A stretch of 64,000 bases of DNA from positions 15,872,001 through 15,936,000 of the forward strand of contig CP075495.1 of the NCBI GenBank assembly GCA_021613535.1, in the 5' to 3' direction. The translations under genes were made by a program, and so were the position numbers. Shown here piece by piece: positions 39,289 to 51,944 of the stretch; position 1 is the stretch's first letter; each line of letters begins with the position of its first letter. Under the pieces are notes generated by a model. It did not search any database. It was not told where the DNA came from and saw only the letters and a list, made by a program, of their open reading frames with translations. The stretch comes from Adineta vaga. Lineage: Eukaryota; Animalia; Rotifera.

Positions 39289-41880
39289 TTATTCGCTAGT
39301 CGTTGATCGTTTTACTAGAAGCTGAAAATCAATAGGATTAAGATATATATATATATATTGTGCTTTTTTTCTCTTATCATCGCTTCGTCCGAAACAGAAT
39401 TGGCTCGACGAGTCAAAGTCATTCGTTTCTACAGAAAACCCACTAAATATTGGACCTATGACAATATCAAGTTGATCAAACTGAATAACGTTGATTAAAG
39501 ATGAACTCACCAATAATGAACGATAAAGCGAGAGCTGACTCGAACATTGCAAAGACATAACCATAAACGTGATGATCATTGGATTCAGCTGTGACAAGTA
39601 CTAGCGCTCCAACCGAAAATATCATTCCAAGACTAAGATTTATTAGAAATAGTGGTACAATCAATATGATAATCATCTTGTGCAGGAGCGCCTACAAGAT
39701 CACAAAAGATTCGAATATATGTCTAACAAGGGAACATATCCTACTATTGTCATTTAATCGATTTTAATCAGTAGTCAGAAACTCTATTTCGACTCGATTT
39801 TTCATCTGAAATTTGCTCCATAGATAGACCTTTAAAATGTGAGTGTCTCGACAAGACCACTTTCGTTCTGGATCAAACTTTGAAGAAATTCTAATGCCTG
39901 TAAGATCTATCTATGAACGAAAGTTTCATAAGTCAATAAAAGAAGGTAACAGTGATGGTTCATTTTCTCTTAATTTCACACTATCATCCTCATCTGCGTC
40001 TTCCAATAAGATTTTCGAAAAAAAAAAGACATTTAGATATAGAAACTGCTTTTCATGCTCATCGTAATTTCGAACGGTCATACATCACAATTTAACTAAC
40101 GATTAGAAGTGCTCCGGAAATCATGAATAGTCCAATAACAATGACACGTTCTCTAGAAAAAAGAGAAGAAAGATTCATTCAGGAAGACGAATCGAGCAAT
40201 GAATTCACTATTTCAATCTCATATACCAAACAGCCGAAGACATTTTGACTAATGAACAGCATCACAGTCCCGGTAAAAATATTAAGCCTTGATGAGACTT
40301 TGTTCAACAACAGATGCATTCATTGTTGCCATCATATGGATTGCAGAAAATATCGATCATTGGAGCACCTAAACAAATGAAACCACTCTGATAGAAAAGT
40401 CTGTCTTATGCTATTTTCGAATAAAATTCCTACCAACAAATAGTAAAATACGCGGCTGACACACGTATGTCCAAAATTATGCTACTTTGGAAGAAAGGCG
40501 ATCATCAGTAGTAGGTGTGATAACGATTAATCGTAAAACTATATAAAATTATTGACTAATTATGAGTAGATATTCAATATTGCCCACATCCATCGATCAA
40601 TGATAATCTAGCAAGAATAAGAAAAGGTACTGGTTTGCCAAAATAATGATAAAGACGACCTCCAAAGATTGGTCCTATTGGAAGACCAACACTAACACCA
40701 CTCAATGCATGATCAAGCGCTTTGCCTCGTTCTTGGTCGTTATTGTATCGTGCTGACAACATCGCTGGTCCTTAAATAAACATTTTACGTTAGGATCGTT
40801 GTGTCAACAAATACCAGCGTTTCAAAAACAACGTTAAGCAAGGTCATATATAGAGAATAATCGTTTTTGCAATTCATGACATGCTGAAAAGACGTAGACA
40901 ACTGTCAAGATATCGAGCACTTTTGTAAGATTATGTACAATATAGGTTTTTAAAATTTTGATACTTTCCGGTATTTTGATCGACAAGTTAGAAAATCAGC
41001 ACATATTCATAAAAAAAGTGAAAGTCTTATTTTCTTTGATTAATCAACATTCAAAAAATGAAAATTTTAGAATTTAGAGATTGTCTTTCAACCAGAAGGA
41101 ACAAGTGACTTCAAGGCAAACTTTATGATTAACTGATAAACTTTGAACGAAAATTTCTGCAGTGTTGAAGTTAATATGTTGTGATACATCACTCGTTGAT
41201 ATATGATCAATTTGTTTAAAAACTTTTAAAACAATTTTAATTGAATGTGAAAATATGCTTTGAAATGAAATTTATCTGACCTGCTACATTTGTAAAAGAA
41301 GTACCAAAACCTTGTACAACACGTGATACCATAAGCCACATGTATGTCTCGGGCTATGTAACACCTGTTCAGTAGAAAGGAAAAACAATTTTTCTTTATA
41401 GTGGACATTTACATAAAAATAAAGCCAAAGAACATTGGCCAACCGTTCCCATTTCTATAAAGATAATCGAAATCGGATTCAATTGGAAAAAATTGAACTA
41501 ATGTTAAGGTTTAAAGCAAAGTTCTTGTATGGACCTGTTCTCTTTGTCAGAAGGATCATATGAATGCGGTTTCAAACTTACCTCGCAGTTATACAGCTAG
41601 CATGTGGTGCGATGATCAGCTATTATGGCAATATTTAATCATTGAAAAAATATATATGTAAACAGTATCATCTAACTTGTAAGGCAGGTTTGACTGCTAA
41701 CAAGATTCTGATACGACCATTCTCCTATCACAATCAAAAACGCATATTTCTTTTCGACAAAATCTAATCTTTTATTTTACACGTTAAAGATGACGTCCTT
41801 TTTCTTCAGAACTTATTATTGTAACATTATCAATTGCTCGATGTTCAGAATCATACAAATAGGTTGGTAAAATTGGGACT
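39289..41880 (-). pseudogene. SLC18 (VMAT/VAChT-like) MFS transporter pseudogene
   Basis: Colinear decayed exons VPILPTYLY (~41870), ENGRIRILLAVKPALQ (~41720), GWPMFFGFIFM* (~41440), MLSARYNNDQERGKAL...IGPIFGG..Y..FGKPVPFL (40574-40762) and HHVYGYVFAMFESA (~39560). Confidence 0.75.
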
Positions 41881-42340
41881 AAAATATTGAATTGATTTTG
41901 TACGAGAGAAAGTAATTCCCTCCACTGAAAGAAGGGTGTGGGGAGGATAACAGTGATTTGCAATTTTTTGGTGGAATTAGTCTAAAAAACCGAAAGTACA
42001 GCTAACCAATTTCTGAGTAACACATTTTATCGCACTCTATGCCTATGTCACATAGCAAAAGTTTCTCGACATTTTACCATACATTTGCTGAAATACGACG
42101 TATTTCCATAAAAATGCACCTTAAAAAACGTTATTTCCATGAAATTTGTCATTTTTGTGGTTCTCATGTAATATCAATATCTCAAGAATGATAAATGATG
42201 AAGAGCTGGATTTTTGATTGATTGTATAACTTTATGAACTAAATCTGCAATAAAAGTTTCAACGAAAACAAACGAGCCGTTTGGGAGTTATTCATCTAAT
42301 GATTTTCAATAGGTGAGTCTACATTTTGTCATATAATGTA

Positions 42341-42652
42341 AAGGGGATGGTCAAAATTCATCAATTTTTCCACACGCTGAAAATAGTATAAAATGAAAGT
42401 AGTTGATGAGTACATCACTAATTCCACATTCATTTCTCCAGGTTTTATTCCTTATTTTTAGCTGTTTTCCCGTGTTCTGTGTGCCATTTTCACTCAGATT
42501 CAAGGTAATAACCATTAATGAGACAAAATCTCTATAGGAAAGGGACGAGATCACTAGAAATGAATGTTGAATTAGTGATGTACTCATCGAGTACTTTCAT
42601 TTTATACTATTTTCAGCGTATGGAAAAACTGATGATTTTTCAACCACCCCCT
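42341..42652. mobile_element. MITE with ~95-bp terminal inverted repeats
   Basis: aaggggatggtcaaaattcatc...ttccacattcatttct (42341-42437) is the reverse complement of agaaatgaatgttg...caaccaccccctt (42556-42652). Confidence 0.75.
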
Positions 42653-43399
42653 TTCAAGCTGAAAATGTAAATGTTATTTTTCCAAAATCTTAGAACCCTC
42701 AGACGGATTCTTGAAATACTAATATACTAAAAGCTTGATTGTTCTATTACAACTCAATATCAACTCAAATTACTTTAAGCTTTTTAATCGTTCTCTTTGT
42801 ACTTTCTAAATATAAGGGGATTCTCAAAATCGGAAGGGAACACCTTAGGAAGTCTCCACGTTAGCATATTCGCAATCCAACAATTTGCGATCATCGTCAA
42901 TTCGAGATGAAGTTGTCCACGAACCACCAAGGTACAAGGTTCTACACATAGCAATATCACTAATATTTGTGGAGTTAATCAGCACGTTCACTACTAAACT
43001 CGTTATGGTGCAGTAAATCTCCCACAGATCCAATCCGATTCAAAAGGTTCAGTATAATTCATACGAAACTTTTTATCACCCGATTGTGACTGTGAAGGTG
43101 TGGTTTATGTACAAAAAACAATTCATAGATTCGTTTGAATCCATAATGGTAAAGCACAGCTTATATAGAACGATTAGCACTTTTGGCAAGAACAACGAAG
43201 GTTTCGCACACATGATACCGAACATTCTTTGGCTTCGTGAAGCCAGTTTTCGTTTCGTGCGTCGTATAGTGAACAAAATATAGTTCCATCAGTTTCGAAA
43301 CGGTTTCGTACTTTTATCACAAGACCTTCTAGAATTTAGTAACTTCTACGAAGATTTTGTCTTCATCACACAGAACGATATGGAGTTTCGTATACTTCA

Positions 43400-43790
43400 A
43401 AGTAGTTCGGTACAGCTTCTGTGGAACTATCGATGGTTTCTTATTGTGGTGCAAGGTTGGATAGATTTCTTGCGACACAGTTCAAGGTTTCGTAAACTCA
43501 CTCATGGTTTGCTAAAATTTATACGAAACTATATCAATGGTTCCATACAGTGTTCTACCAATAGTTTTGTACAGTAGCCTGAGGTTTAATGGGATCTAAT
43601 GAGAACTGTCGATGGTTCCGTATACTAACTCATGGTTTGCTCAAATTTCTACAAAGCTATCAATGGTTTCATATCATCGCGCAAGGTTTGGCAGAATTTT
43701 AGCCTAACTGTCACTGGCTTTGTATATTTGCCGAAGGTTTGAAAACACTTGTCCTAAACTATGGTGAGTTCCGTATACTTGTAACTGGTT
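43400..43790. repeat. Diverged 51-bp-period tandem repeat
   Basis: The motif aact(a/g)tc.atggtt recurs at 43604, 43655, 43706 and 43757, with weaker copies upstream. It ends at tgggtgtgggtgagggtg (43796). Confidence 0.6.
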
Positions 43791-44962
43791 CAGTTGGGTG
43801 TGGGTGAGGGTGAACAGGGAGACCTTGGTGACGTTCATCCAAGTTTTTTTGTATTATTTCACTTTATGAAAGTCATTCTAAGGGTGCTGGTTGGTGAAAA
43901 TGTAGAAACTCATTCAAAACATAATTTCTTTGAATTTGAAGGCCTAAGATGAATATAATCTAGGTATCAACAATGTGTTATTGATAACCGATTGGGAACC
44001 TTTTACTTTTTCAAGTATACGGAAAACGTGAGCGCATAACTAGAATCAATCGATGTGTCCGCCCATTCGTTCGTTTCCACGATAGCTTTTGAAGGGCTAA
44101 TCCGATTATGATGAAATTTTCTATAGAGTATATTGTCACATCAATATCTCGCTCGAGTTCGAAGATGAGCCTGCTTGAACGAGCGATTGCTGAATTACTG
44201 GGAAAATACTGATATTTTCCTATACATTCTATCTGAAATACTGTTTGCAGTACACATAGCTTTCCGATAAAATCCAAAATTTCGGCATTTGCTTAAATTT
44301 TTTCTAATCCGTCACCTATGGCTATTTATATCGACAGACGTCCACTTTTCCAGGTTATCAGGTAAGTGATGATATATTATAAAGTACATCCTGTCTTCTA
44401 GGCTGTTTAGAATCAACGTCAATGGTGTTACAGATATGGCCAACATCCACCCTGATGCCAAAAATTGATCAGTTTTTGTGAAGACGCTAGATGACCTTAG
44501 ACAGAAACATTTGACGGATGTATTCTGAAGTATCTGTATACGGAGCCTGTAATATGACGGTTATAAAAGGAGTCTTTCCCTATATCAAAAGCAAGATGAA
44601 TGCAAAGAAGTATTTGTAGCTATGGATCAGTATGAAACCTTTTTTGATTCGGTAAAACTCCTTTTTTACAGTCTGGGTGGCGGTATGAACAGGAGTGAGG
44701 ATATAGAGATAGGCGTTGCGTGAAACCGTGAGTGAGGATATGGACATGGGTGTTAGGCGTAATCATGAGTGTGGATGAAAATGTTTGAAAGTCGGTGATA
44801 TAGCGTGGGTATGTGTGAGAAAAACATTTGAACCATTTTCTCGTGTATAAAGTTGCTTGATCAATTTATCTCACTATGGGCACACGCAGAAAATACCTGT
44901 CTTCCACAGTCGAGAGTAAAGTGAGGCGGCACGATGAACATTACTTGTAAGTACATAGGAAC

Positions 44963-45060
44963 CAAGGAAAAAGAGCGGAATCCTGGATTGCATGGATTTT
45001 GAAATATACTATAGAGAATCAATGGAAATCCAGAATCCGCAATTCCGTTCTTTCTCCCTG
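44963..45060. mobile_element. Short MITE, copy 1 (family shared with 62563-62660)
   Basis: caaggaaaaagagcggaatcc ... attccgttctttctccctg form inverted termini. Confidence 0.5.
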
Positions 45061-47203
45061 AGAGAAAAGTTGGTGACCAATTCTTCTACGAATGGAGTTG
45101 AAATCATATCGTGGACATGGCCGATTTGAAAAAGGAAGAAAAACAATATTTTTTCCAGCAGTTACTGGGGCTTATTTTTTGGATTTTATTGGAATTTTCT
45201 ATTAAATCCCACGTCAATTCTGAGGAGGAAGACTTACTGAGGATGAGGGCGAGAACGAGGAGTAGAATTAATGGTGAGGGTGCACCGAAATATTGTAAAT
45301 ACTCTGCAGAGAATAAAACCCTAAAACAATGAATCCCGGTGGTTCCTCTCCTTGCACTTACCTTGGGACATTCATTCTCGATCTTGTTTCTGACACTCAT
45401 ACGCACCCACACGCCTATTTATCTTTATTCTTCACAATCCCACATTCGAATTTACTATTACACATGCATAAAAAAACTAGAGCTATGCTCTATATGTGAG
45501 TTTATATGTTTGTTTCTTGCAAGTTTCGTGCCATCAACTGTAGAATGTATGATTTCGATTTCTTTCAAATATAGTGATTATCGACAGGTATGTTTTCATA
45601 TGAATTGTCAGATGATGTAATGAGACAAGTGTATGAAGCATTAAATATGTTGCGTTCATTAGTCGATGTGTATAGCGTGTATCATGTTTGAAATAATGCC
45701 ACACCAGTAGTCTAATTCATTTGCAGAGACAGGTTTGATTGGTACGATGCATTGAGCAAGAACAGTCACAGATGAATGGCTTCATAATTACCCTAGAAAA
45801 CATGTTATGGTAAAGTTCATTCTATTATATGTGTAAATAAATATAATTAGGGTAAGGATGTGGATAAACGGACTTTTTTTTCATATTATATGAGCACGCC
45901 CAACCGCTCTATTGAGATTGAAATGGGACGCAATTGAGTGCAATTTCGCTGCGTCTCAATCGCAAAACAGCGCATAGGCACTGAATGATAACTGCTCAGT
46001 TTTCAGCAAGCTATAGTAATCTAGGTAACTGAGAACATACAGTTTATTTAATCCTTCCGGAGGTGATGTGATTTTAAAAAGTTTGCAAAAATGTTTTTCC
46101 TGAATTAAACTTCAATGCAAAGAGATTCATCAAACGGATTTTATACGTTGAATTAATCATTCGTAATTAGCGCACTTCCATGCGTAGTCTTTCATGAAAA
46201 AGATCAGCATGAATATTTGCGAAACATCTGCTACTCGAAGACATGTTCCGAAAACATTTTGTTTTTATTGTTGACGAACGTTCATAAATTGAAGTATGCG
46301 CCATTGGTGGGCAATATCGTCGTTAGAGAGCTGACGAAGATTTGACTTTATACTGCGAATTATATCAGATTGTTCGGATTGTTATAGCAATTTAAAACGT
46401 TCTTATCCAAAACGAATCACTAATGATTGTTTGTGTGGTAGGTGGAGAATGTTAAAAGAATTTCCTAGTCCCTCTCTACTGTGTATGTCCATACCACTTA
46501 CTTACTTACTATATATGAATACAGAAAAAAAAAAAGTTAGAACTATTTTCATACTCGATATGACAACAAATCCCGCTCATCGTATGGCCACTTTAGAGAG
46601 CCATTTTAATAGGCCTACTGTACCGAAAAAGACACGAATATGACACAACCTTACTGAAAAACTCTGTTCTTCCTTCCTCCTTCTTCATAGCGAAAAATAA
46701 ACTTCTTAGGTACAAGTTCTAATTATAAATACTGCTACCATATTATAACAAATCTTTATCTCGAACTATCTTTTAACCATATTGCATTTTTCCATAAATG
46801 ACATAATATCAATCTTTCACGAAATATCAATCTTCACGAAATAGCCTGACTGCAACTCCGTTCCCTGGCTCCAAAGAAACACGAATCGCGTAAAAACAGC
46901 GCATTCATACTTATTATTCTTGCTATCAATGCGAATATATCCTAGAAATGCACTACAACTGCAAGTACGTCAACGATCTACAATTCATCTACTTTTTTCA
47001 AATCTACATGTCTTTCCTTCTGAACACTATAGTAGGATATCTAGAAACATTGGCTTACCTTGTTTTAGTCGGTATTGGACTGAAGTTGACTGCCGTTTGA
47101 ATTGTATCGCGAAACCATGTTAGTCAGTCCTTACGTTCTTGTTCGCTAATGTCCATGAAAAGCACAAATCGAAAACCAGTGTTCTGTCCAATTGCCTATA
47201 CGC

Positions 47204-47466
47204 TGTTAGTGCAAGAGCCTTAGTTCCACCAACACTAGTGCCTCGACAGTGTTCTACCCATGATTTAACGATGTTAGTATAAGAGCCTTAGTTCCACCAA
47301 CACTAATGCCTCGACAGTGTTCTACCCATGATTTAACGATGTTAGTATAAGAGCCTTAGTTCCACCAACACTAATGCCTCGACAGTGTTCTACCCATGAT
47401 TTAACGATGTTAGTATAAGAGCCTTAGTTCCACCAACACTAATGCCTCGACAGTGTTCTACCCGTG
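47204..47466. repeat. 68-bp tandem repeat, ~3.9 near-identical copies
   Basis: Unit tgttagtataagagccttagttccaccaacactaatgcctcgacagtgttctacccatgatttaacga starts at 47204, 47272, 47340 and 47408. Confidence 0.95.
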
Positions 47467-47774
47467 GTTTAGTTATACCTTGTTAGTTTAAAGGCAAGTT
47501 TATTTAAGCTAATACTAATTCGAACAGAAATGGTTTTCGAAGTTGTGCAATCACCCATTCGTTTGAAATATAAATGGGTAATCCTTCTCCCATAACTGGA
47601 AAGTTTCGTATCAACTTTTGAGATTTATTCTTCGTTTAAGATTGGTCAGATATTAGTTCACCTATAAAAGAAAGTAATGCGATCTCAAGTTGGTACGATG
47701 CTTTATGAGTTTAGTATCGATGAGGTTTCACTACATAGTACTTGAAGTAACGTGTTTTATTTTAAAATTTGTCT

Positions 47775-48230
47775 GATAGGGAACGGTCACCAACTATCCA
47801 GTCGCTTTTGAATTAATATTTTGTGGAATGCATATGTTTTTATTTGAAAAAAACTTAATGAGCGTAAGTTTTAAGTCGATGAATATGGCCCACTCCTCTC
47901 CCCGATCCTCGATTATAGACAGAATCCATTAGAAGCGCAAATTTATAAAAGATAGAACTCCATTTTAGGTGTAATTCAGTTTCATGTAAAGCCTCATCGC
48001 GTACACGCTATAATCGCAAATAGGCTATGTGAGTTTCACATTTTAGTCACAAAGAGGCTGCGCTGAAAAGCTTTTTCGGTCAATACTGAAAAAGGGGTTA
48101 CAAATTCATAACTCCACACAAAAAGCCTAGCGGTCCAAGTTTTCCTATGACTATTCGAATCTTATAGTTTCTTGCCTATAACCAGAATATCAACCTAGAA
48201 GCAACTGAATAGTTGGTGACTGTACTTCGC
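47775..48230. mobile_element. MITE with diverged TIRs (gtcaccaactatccagtcgctttt family)
   Basis: Left cggtcaccaactatccagtcgcttttgaattaatatt versus right aatatcaacctagaagcaactgaatagttggtgactgt. Confidence 0.55.
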
Positions 48231-48562
48231 AAAATGCTCATAACTATGATAGGAATGCTTGAGACAACTCAATGTTCAAGGTTTTTCACGTCTCAATAGA
48301 ATGTATCGAATCTTCAATACTCCAACGTAATAACGAATGAACAGCTTTTTAAGTCGTTGCACATTAACGTTCATAAACAGGTGCATAAAAATATGAATCC
48401 TTTCAGCCCTTTGGGCGCTATGACGCCCATCTTACAAAAATTCTGCTTCTTTTTGAACTTAGAAAATATTTAAGGGACCGATTCCAAGCAATTTGGAGCC
48501 TATCGAAAGTAGGGTTGATTGGCTTTACATTTGTGTAAAATTGGGGCTTGAAGTGTTTGTTA

Positions 48563-49149
48563 CGAGGGAGGTCACTAACTATCCAATCACTTTTGAGTTA
48601 ATATGTTATCCATAGGTATGGGGCTGTATAGGTAGAACAATTTGATGAAGATATGGGCCGCTAGCCCTTTGGCGCCGAGTTGTGGCCTTCTACCAAATTT
48701 TTACCCCTTTGTCGATATGCAACAAAAAAACTAAATTACGGAGTTTCCAACTGATATTCGGGCTGTAGTTAGGTCTGATCATCATTAGAGTATTCTGAAA
48801 GTTTCAGTCGTAAAAAATGTTCTTTTATGGAGATATTGGTTCACGAGAAGATAATCACTTGCCACACACTATATGCAAGTTGTCAGATTACTTCAAAATC
48901 CAATATCTCCATAAAGGAACACTTTTTTCGGTCGAAACTTTTGGAATATTGTAATGATGAGTAGACCTATCCATGGCCCAAATTTCAGTTGAAAACTCCG
49001 TTATTTAATATTTTTCTCAATACCGACAAAGGGTTAAAAAGTCGGTAAAAAGCCCATATCCTCATAGAATTATCCTAGGCTTAGAGTCTCTTACCCGTGG
49101 CCAAAACGTCAACTGAAAAGCGACTGAACAGTGAGTGACTTTCCACCGT
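48563..49149. mobile_element. Foldback MITE of the same TIR family, palindromic over most of its length
   Basis: The ta|cgagggaggtcactaactatcc terminus is mariner-like. The arms pair throughout (e.g. ttatggagatattgg / ccaatatctccataa), centred near 48868. Confidence 0.7.
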
Positions 49150-50152
49150 TACTTTTAAAGAACCGAATTCTTTCATCAAATGGGTATCATAGCGCGCAAA
49201 AGCAGGAAAGGATTAATCTGAACATTATAATATTCAATCAGAATGTTTTACAACATTTAATCAAATATTACCGTATATATTGTGCACAATACTTCACAAC
49301 TGCATGGAAAAATTACTTACATTTTTTGAGCTACAAGAACGAATCATGTATGATTTATCAATTTGCCATAAGCGTGATACGATTTAAACATCTGTATTAC
49401 TTTTACCAACCTAGAATTGAGAAACAATAGCGAGTATGGTTGATTTAAACCCTTTTATTTGATGTTTTACCAATATCAAAAGCGCGTTCTTGTTTGTGAA
49501 GGCCTTTTCATATTGATCATAATGCAGCGTCATATTATTTTACATTATACTACTATCAAGTCGTATATGAAATGTAATGGTCTCTATTTTATTCTACTCG
49601 CCGTTTCTTCATAGAAAAACGACGGTAAAAATCGACGAAGCGTGAATAAGTAATCGAAGAGCAGTGAGTAAAGTCTACAGTAGACACTTACACATGACGA
49701 TAAAATATTTTCGGTTCTGTACAATACTAAACTGGGTAAAGTGCGGATAACATAAAACTCAAAAAGTACCATTCGTGCATTGTATAACCTGAAACGACGA
49801 TTCTAATCTAGAGAACGACTAAGAGTAATTGAAAACTTCAACAAAAACATTTCTAAGCCATCTTTTTAGACTTAACTTGATATGGAGTATTACAAAGTCA
49901 GAAAAAGATATGAATTTGTATTGCGATATAAGTTTTCATTCCGAAAAGATGACTTTTCCCGTAGTGTAAAATTATTTGTTTCGATATATTTGTATATGAT
50001 ACCATTCTAAAGCAGAGATGCTTTGTATCTATTTTGACAACTATCACACACTCATTTGAAGTTGAAGTTGATAGGATGTTTCTTACTAAATATTTGCATT
50101 GGCCATAATCCAAACTCTGACTCTACAAGTCTGAAAATAACGGCTGTTCCAC

Positions 50153-50870
50153 GAATGGATCTCTGAGTATTTTGAAGATTTCTCCTTTATCATTCGTATG
50201 ATCGATAAACTTTTTTAGCAAGAGATAGCGCTTGAAATTCTCTACCAACCATGTATGATTGAAATATCACACGTTATTAAACATATGCGAAAAAGATGAA
50301 ATCAGAGGCATATAAAAGGTGTAAAAAGCAATGGCTAAACAGTTGCATCTCGTTTTCGTGCCACTTGCTTCATCTTATTAAACAAATAAAATATGCCAAA
50401 GGATGCAGCGTTAAAAAGCTCTACAGTTTACAATAAATACATTATTTTGAAAAGTTGCAAGAGAAAGAGTAGTCTATCTTATGACAAAAAAACATCATTT
50501 CGTTTGATTGAAATATCATTGCTCAAGGTTTTTTATTTTGAAAACAAAAACTGTGTTATAAAATAAATGATCGTGTGTAGTTTGTAGAACTTTTCAAGGA
50601 GCATCTTGTAGTATAGATTTTTGTTATGAGGCGAAATATGTGGCGAAACAGTAGGCTACAAAGGGCGGCTGTTTATTATGCCTAATAAATTACTCTTGCT
50701 TGCTTTTTGTGCGTCTCTAATTCCACCTTTTTTCAAACATGTTTAATAATGTTTTAAAATTCAATAACACACAGTTTTATAGGAATTTCAAGCACTATCT
50801 TTTCATAAAAAGGTTCTTTGATCACAGGGATAATAAAGGAGCTATCTTCAAAACACACAGAGGCCCATTC
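50153..50870. mobile_element. ~720-bp diverged foldback element
   Basis: gaatggatctctgagtattttgaagat / atcttcaaaacacacagaggcccattc; agatagcgcttgaaattc / gaatttcaagcactatct; ttattaaacatatg / catgtttaataa. Confidence 0.7.
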
Positions 50871-51902
50871 TTATCCGAATTGTGACGATAAATTCGATAA
50901 TTAGTTCACTTTCGCTTATATCAAAACTGCTTAAAAGCTACATTACATATACAGAATGCTGTTACTTCACAGTAGAATACACGTTCATACAGTAAAGAAG
51001 AGGAGAGTATGATATGAACAGATGAAAATATAACAGAGAGACGACTTGATATCAAACCGATGCACGAACCTCTGCACTTAATTTTAAAAAATCAAGTTTA
51101 CATTCGTACAAACCTGTCATAGGCACATATAGATGAGCATCATTCCTCTATTTAGTTAGATTTCTGATGTCGAGATCTACTTAAAATGAGTTAATATACG
51201 AAAATCGGTATTTTTCCCTTAAACAGAAAGTTATACTTCTGAAATGAATTAATTGATGTGGACAGAATACATGACAGTAACATTTTTTCACAATGTCGCG
51301 TTCTAGGCTTAAGCTTTGAGTTAGTTGTGTTTCTAAAAGATGTGATGTTCAATTATTCGGGAAACCGTATGCAAGTCAGCCTAACAGCGACAGAAAGAGA
51401 TAAAATGATTTGGGCAATTCTACAAATAGTTTAAATGAGCTTGACGTAAAAGCAACTCCACCATGGATGCCGTTGTTTAGCGAGCTCCGTGCTGGTCACA
51501 AGTTCGTATAAAGGAGGAGTGTTAGATGGAAGGGGTGCAGATACCGCCGTCTGTAGAAAGAACAAGACGAAAGATTGGCGACTGGAAAGAATTCATATAC
51601 GACTCAAAACACGCAAACACTGAAACGTGCCAAAAATACTCTGGCAGTAGGAACATGGTAATTGCAGACACTATGGGCTGTAGACAAGCTAGAACTGCTC
51701 AAAAACGAAATGAAACGGTTTAGATACGATATAATTGGTATTACAGAAGTTCGATGGACAGGAGAAGCGTCCTCACATACGACGAAGGGATGGGGTTCTT
51801 ACAGAGCATTTAAGCGAAAAAGGCGTTAATAGAATATAATTCAATCAGTTCACGAATGATTTCGGCACGATTCGATGCAGCACCATTCAAAATTTCAATA
51901 AT

Positions 51903-51925
51903 NNNNNNNNNNNNNNNNNNNNNNN
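51903..51925. other. Assembly gap (N run)
   Basis: 23 n characters. Confidence 1.
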
Positions 51926-51944
51926 TTTCAGTAATACACATATA

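Noticed and set aside
47204-47466. Possible CRISPR array
   Set aside because: Head-to-tail identical units with no unique spacers, no cas genes, and a eukaryotic context.
42845-51400. Numerous 60-110 aa ORFs in the TE-rich region
   Set aside because: No recognisable motifs. They overlap MITEs and repeats and are of chance-expected length.
51890-51940. Short duplication tttca(a/g)taat around the N run
   Set aside because: Likely contig-overlap artefact at the gap.
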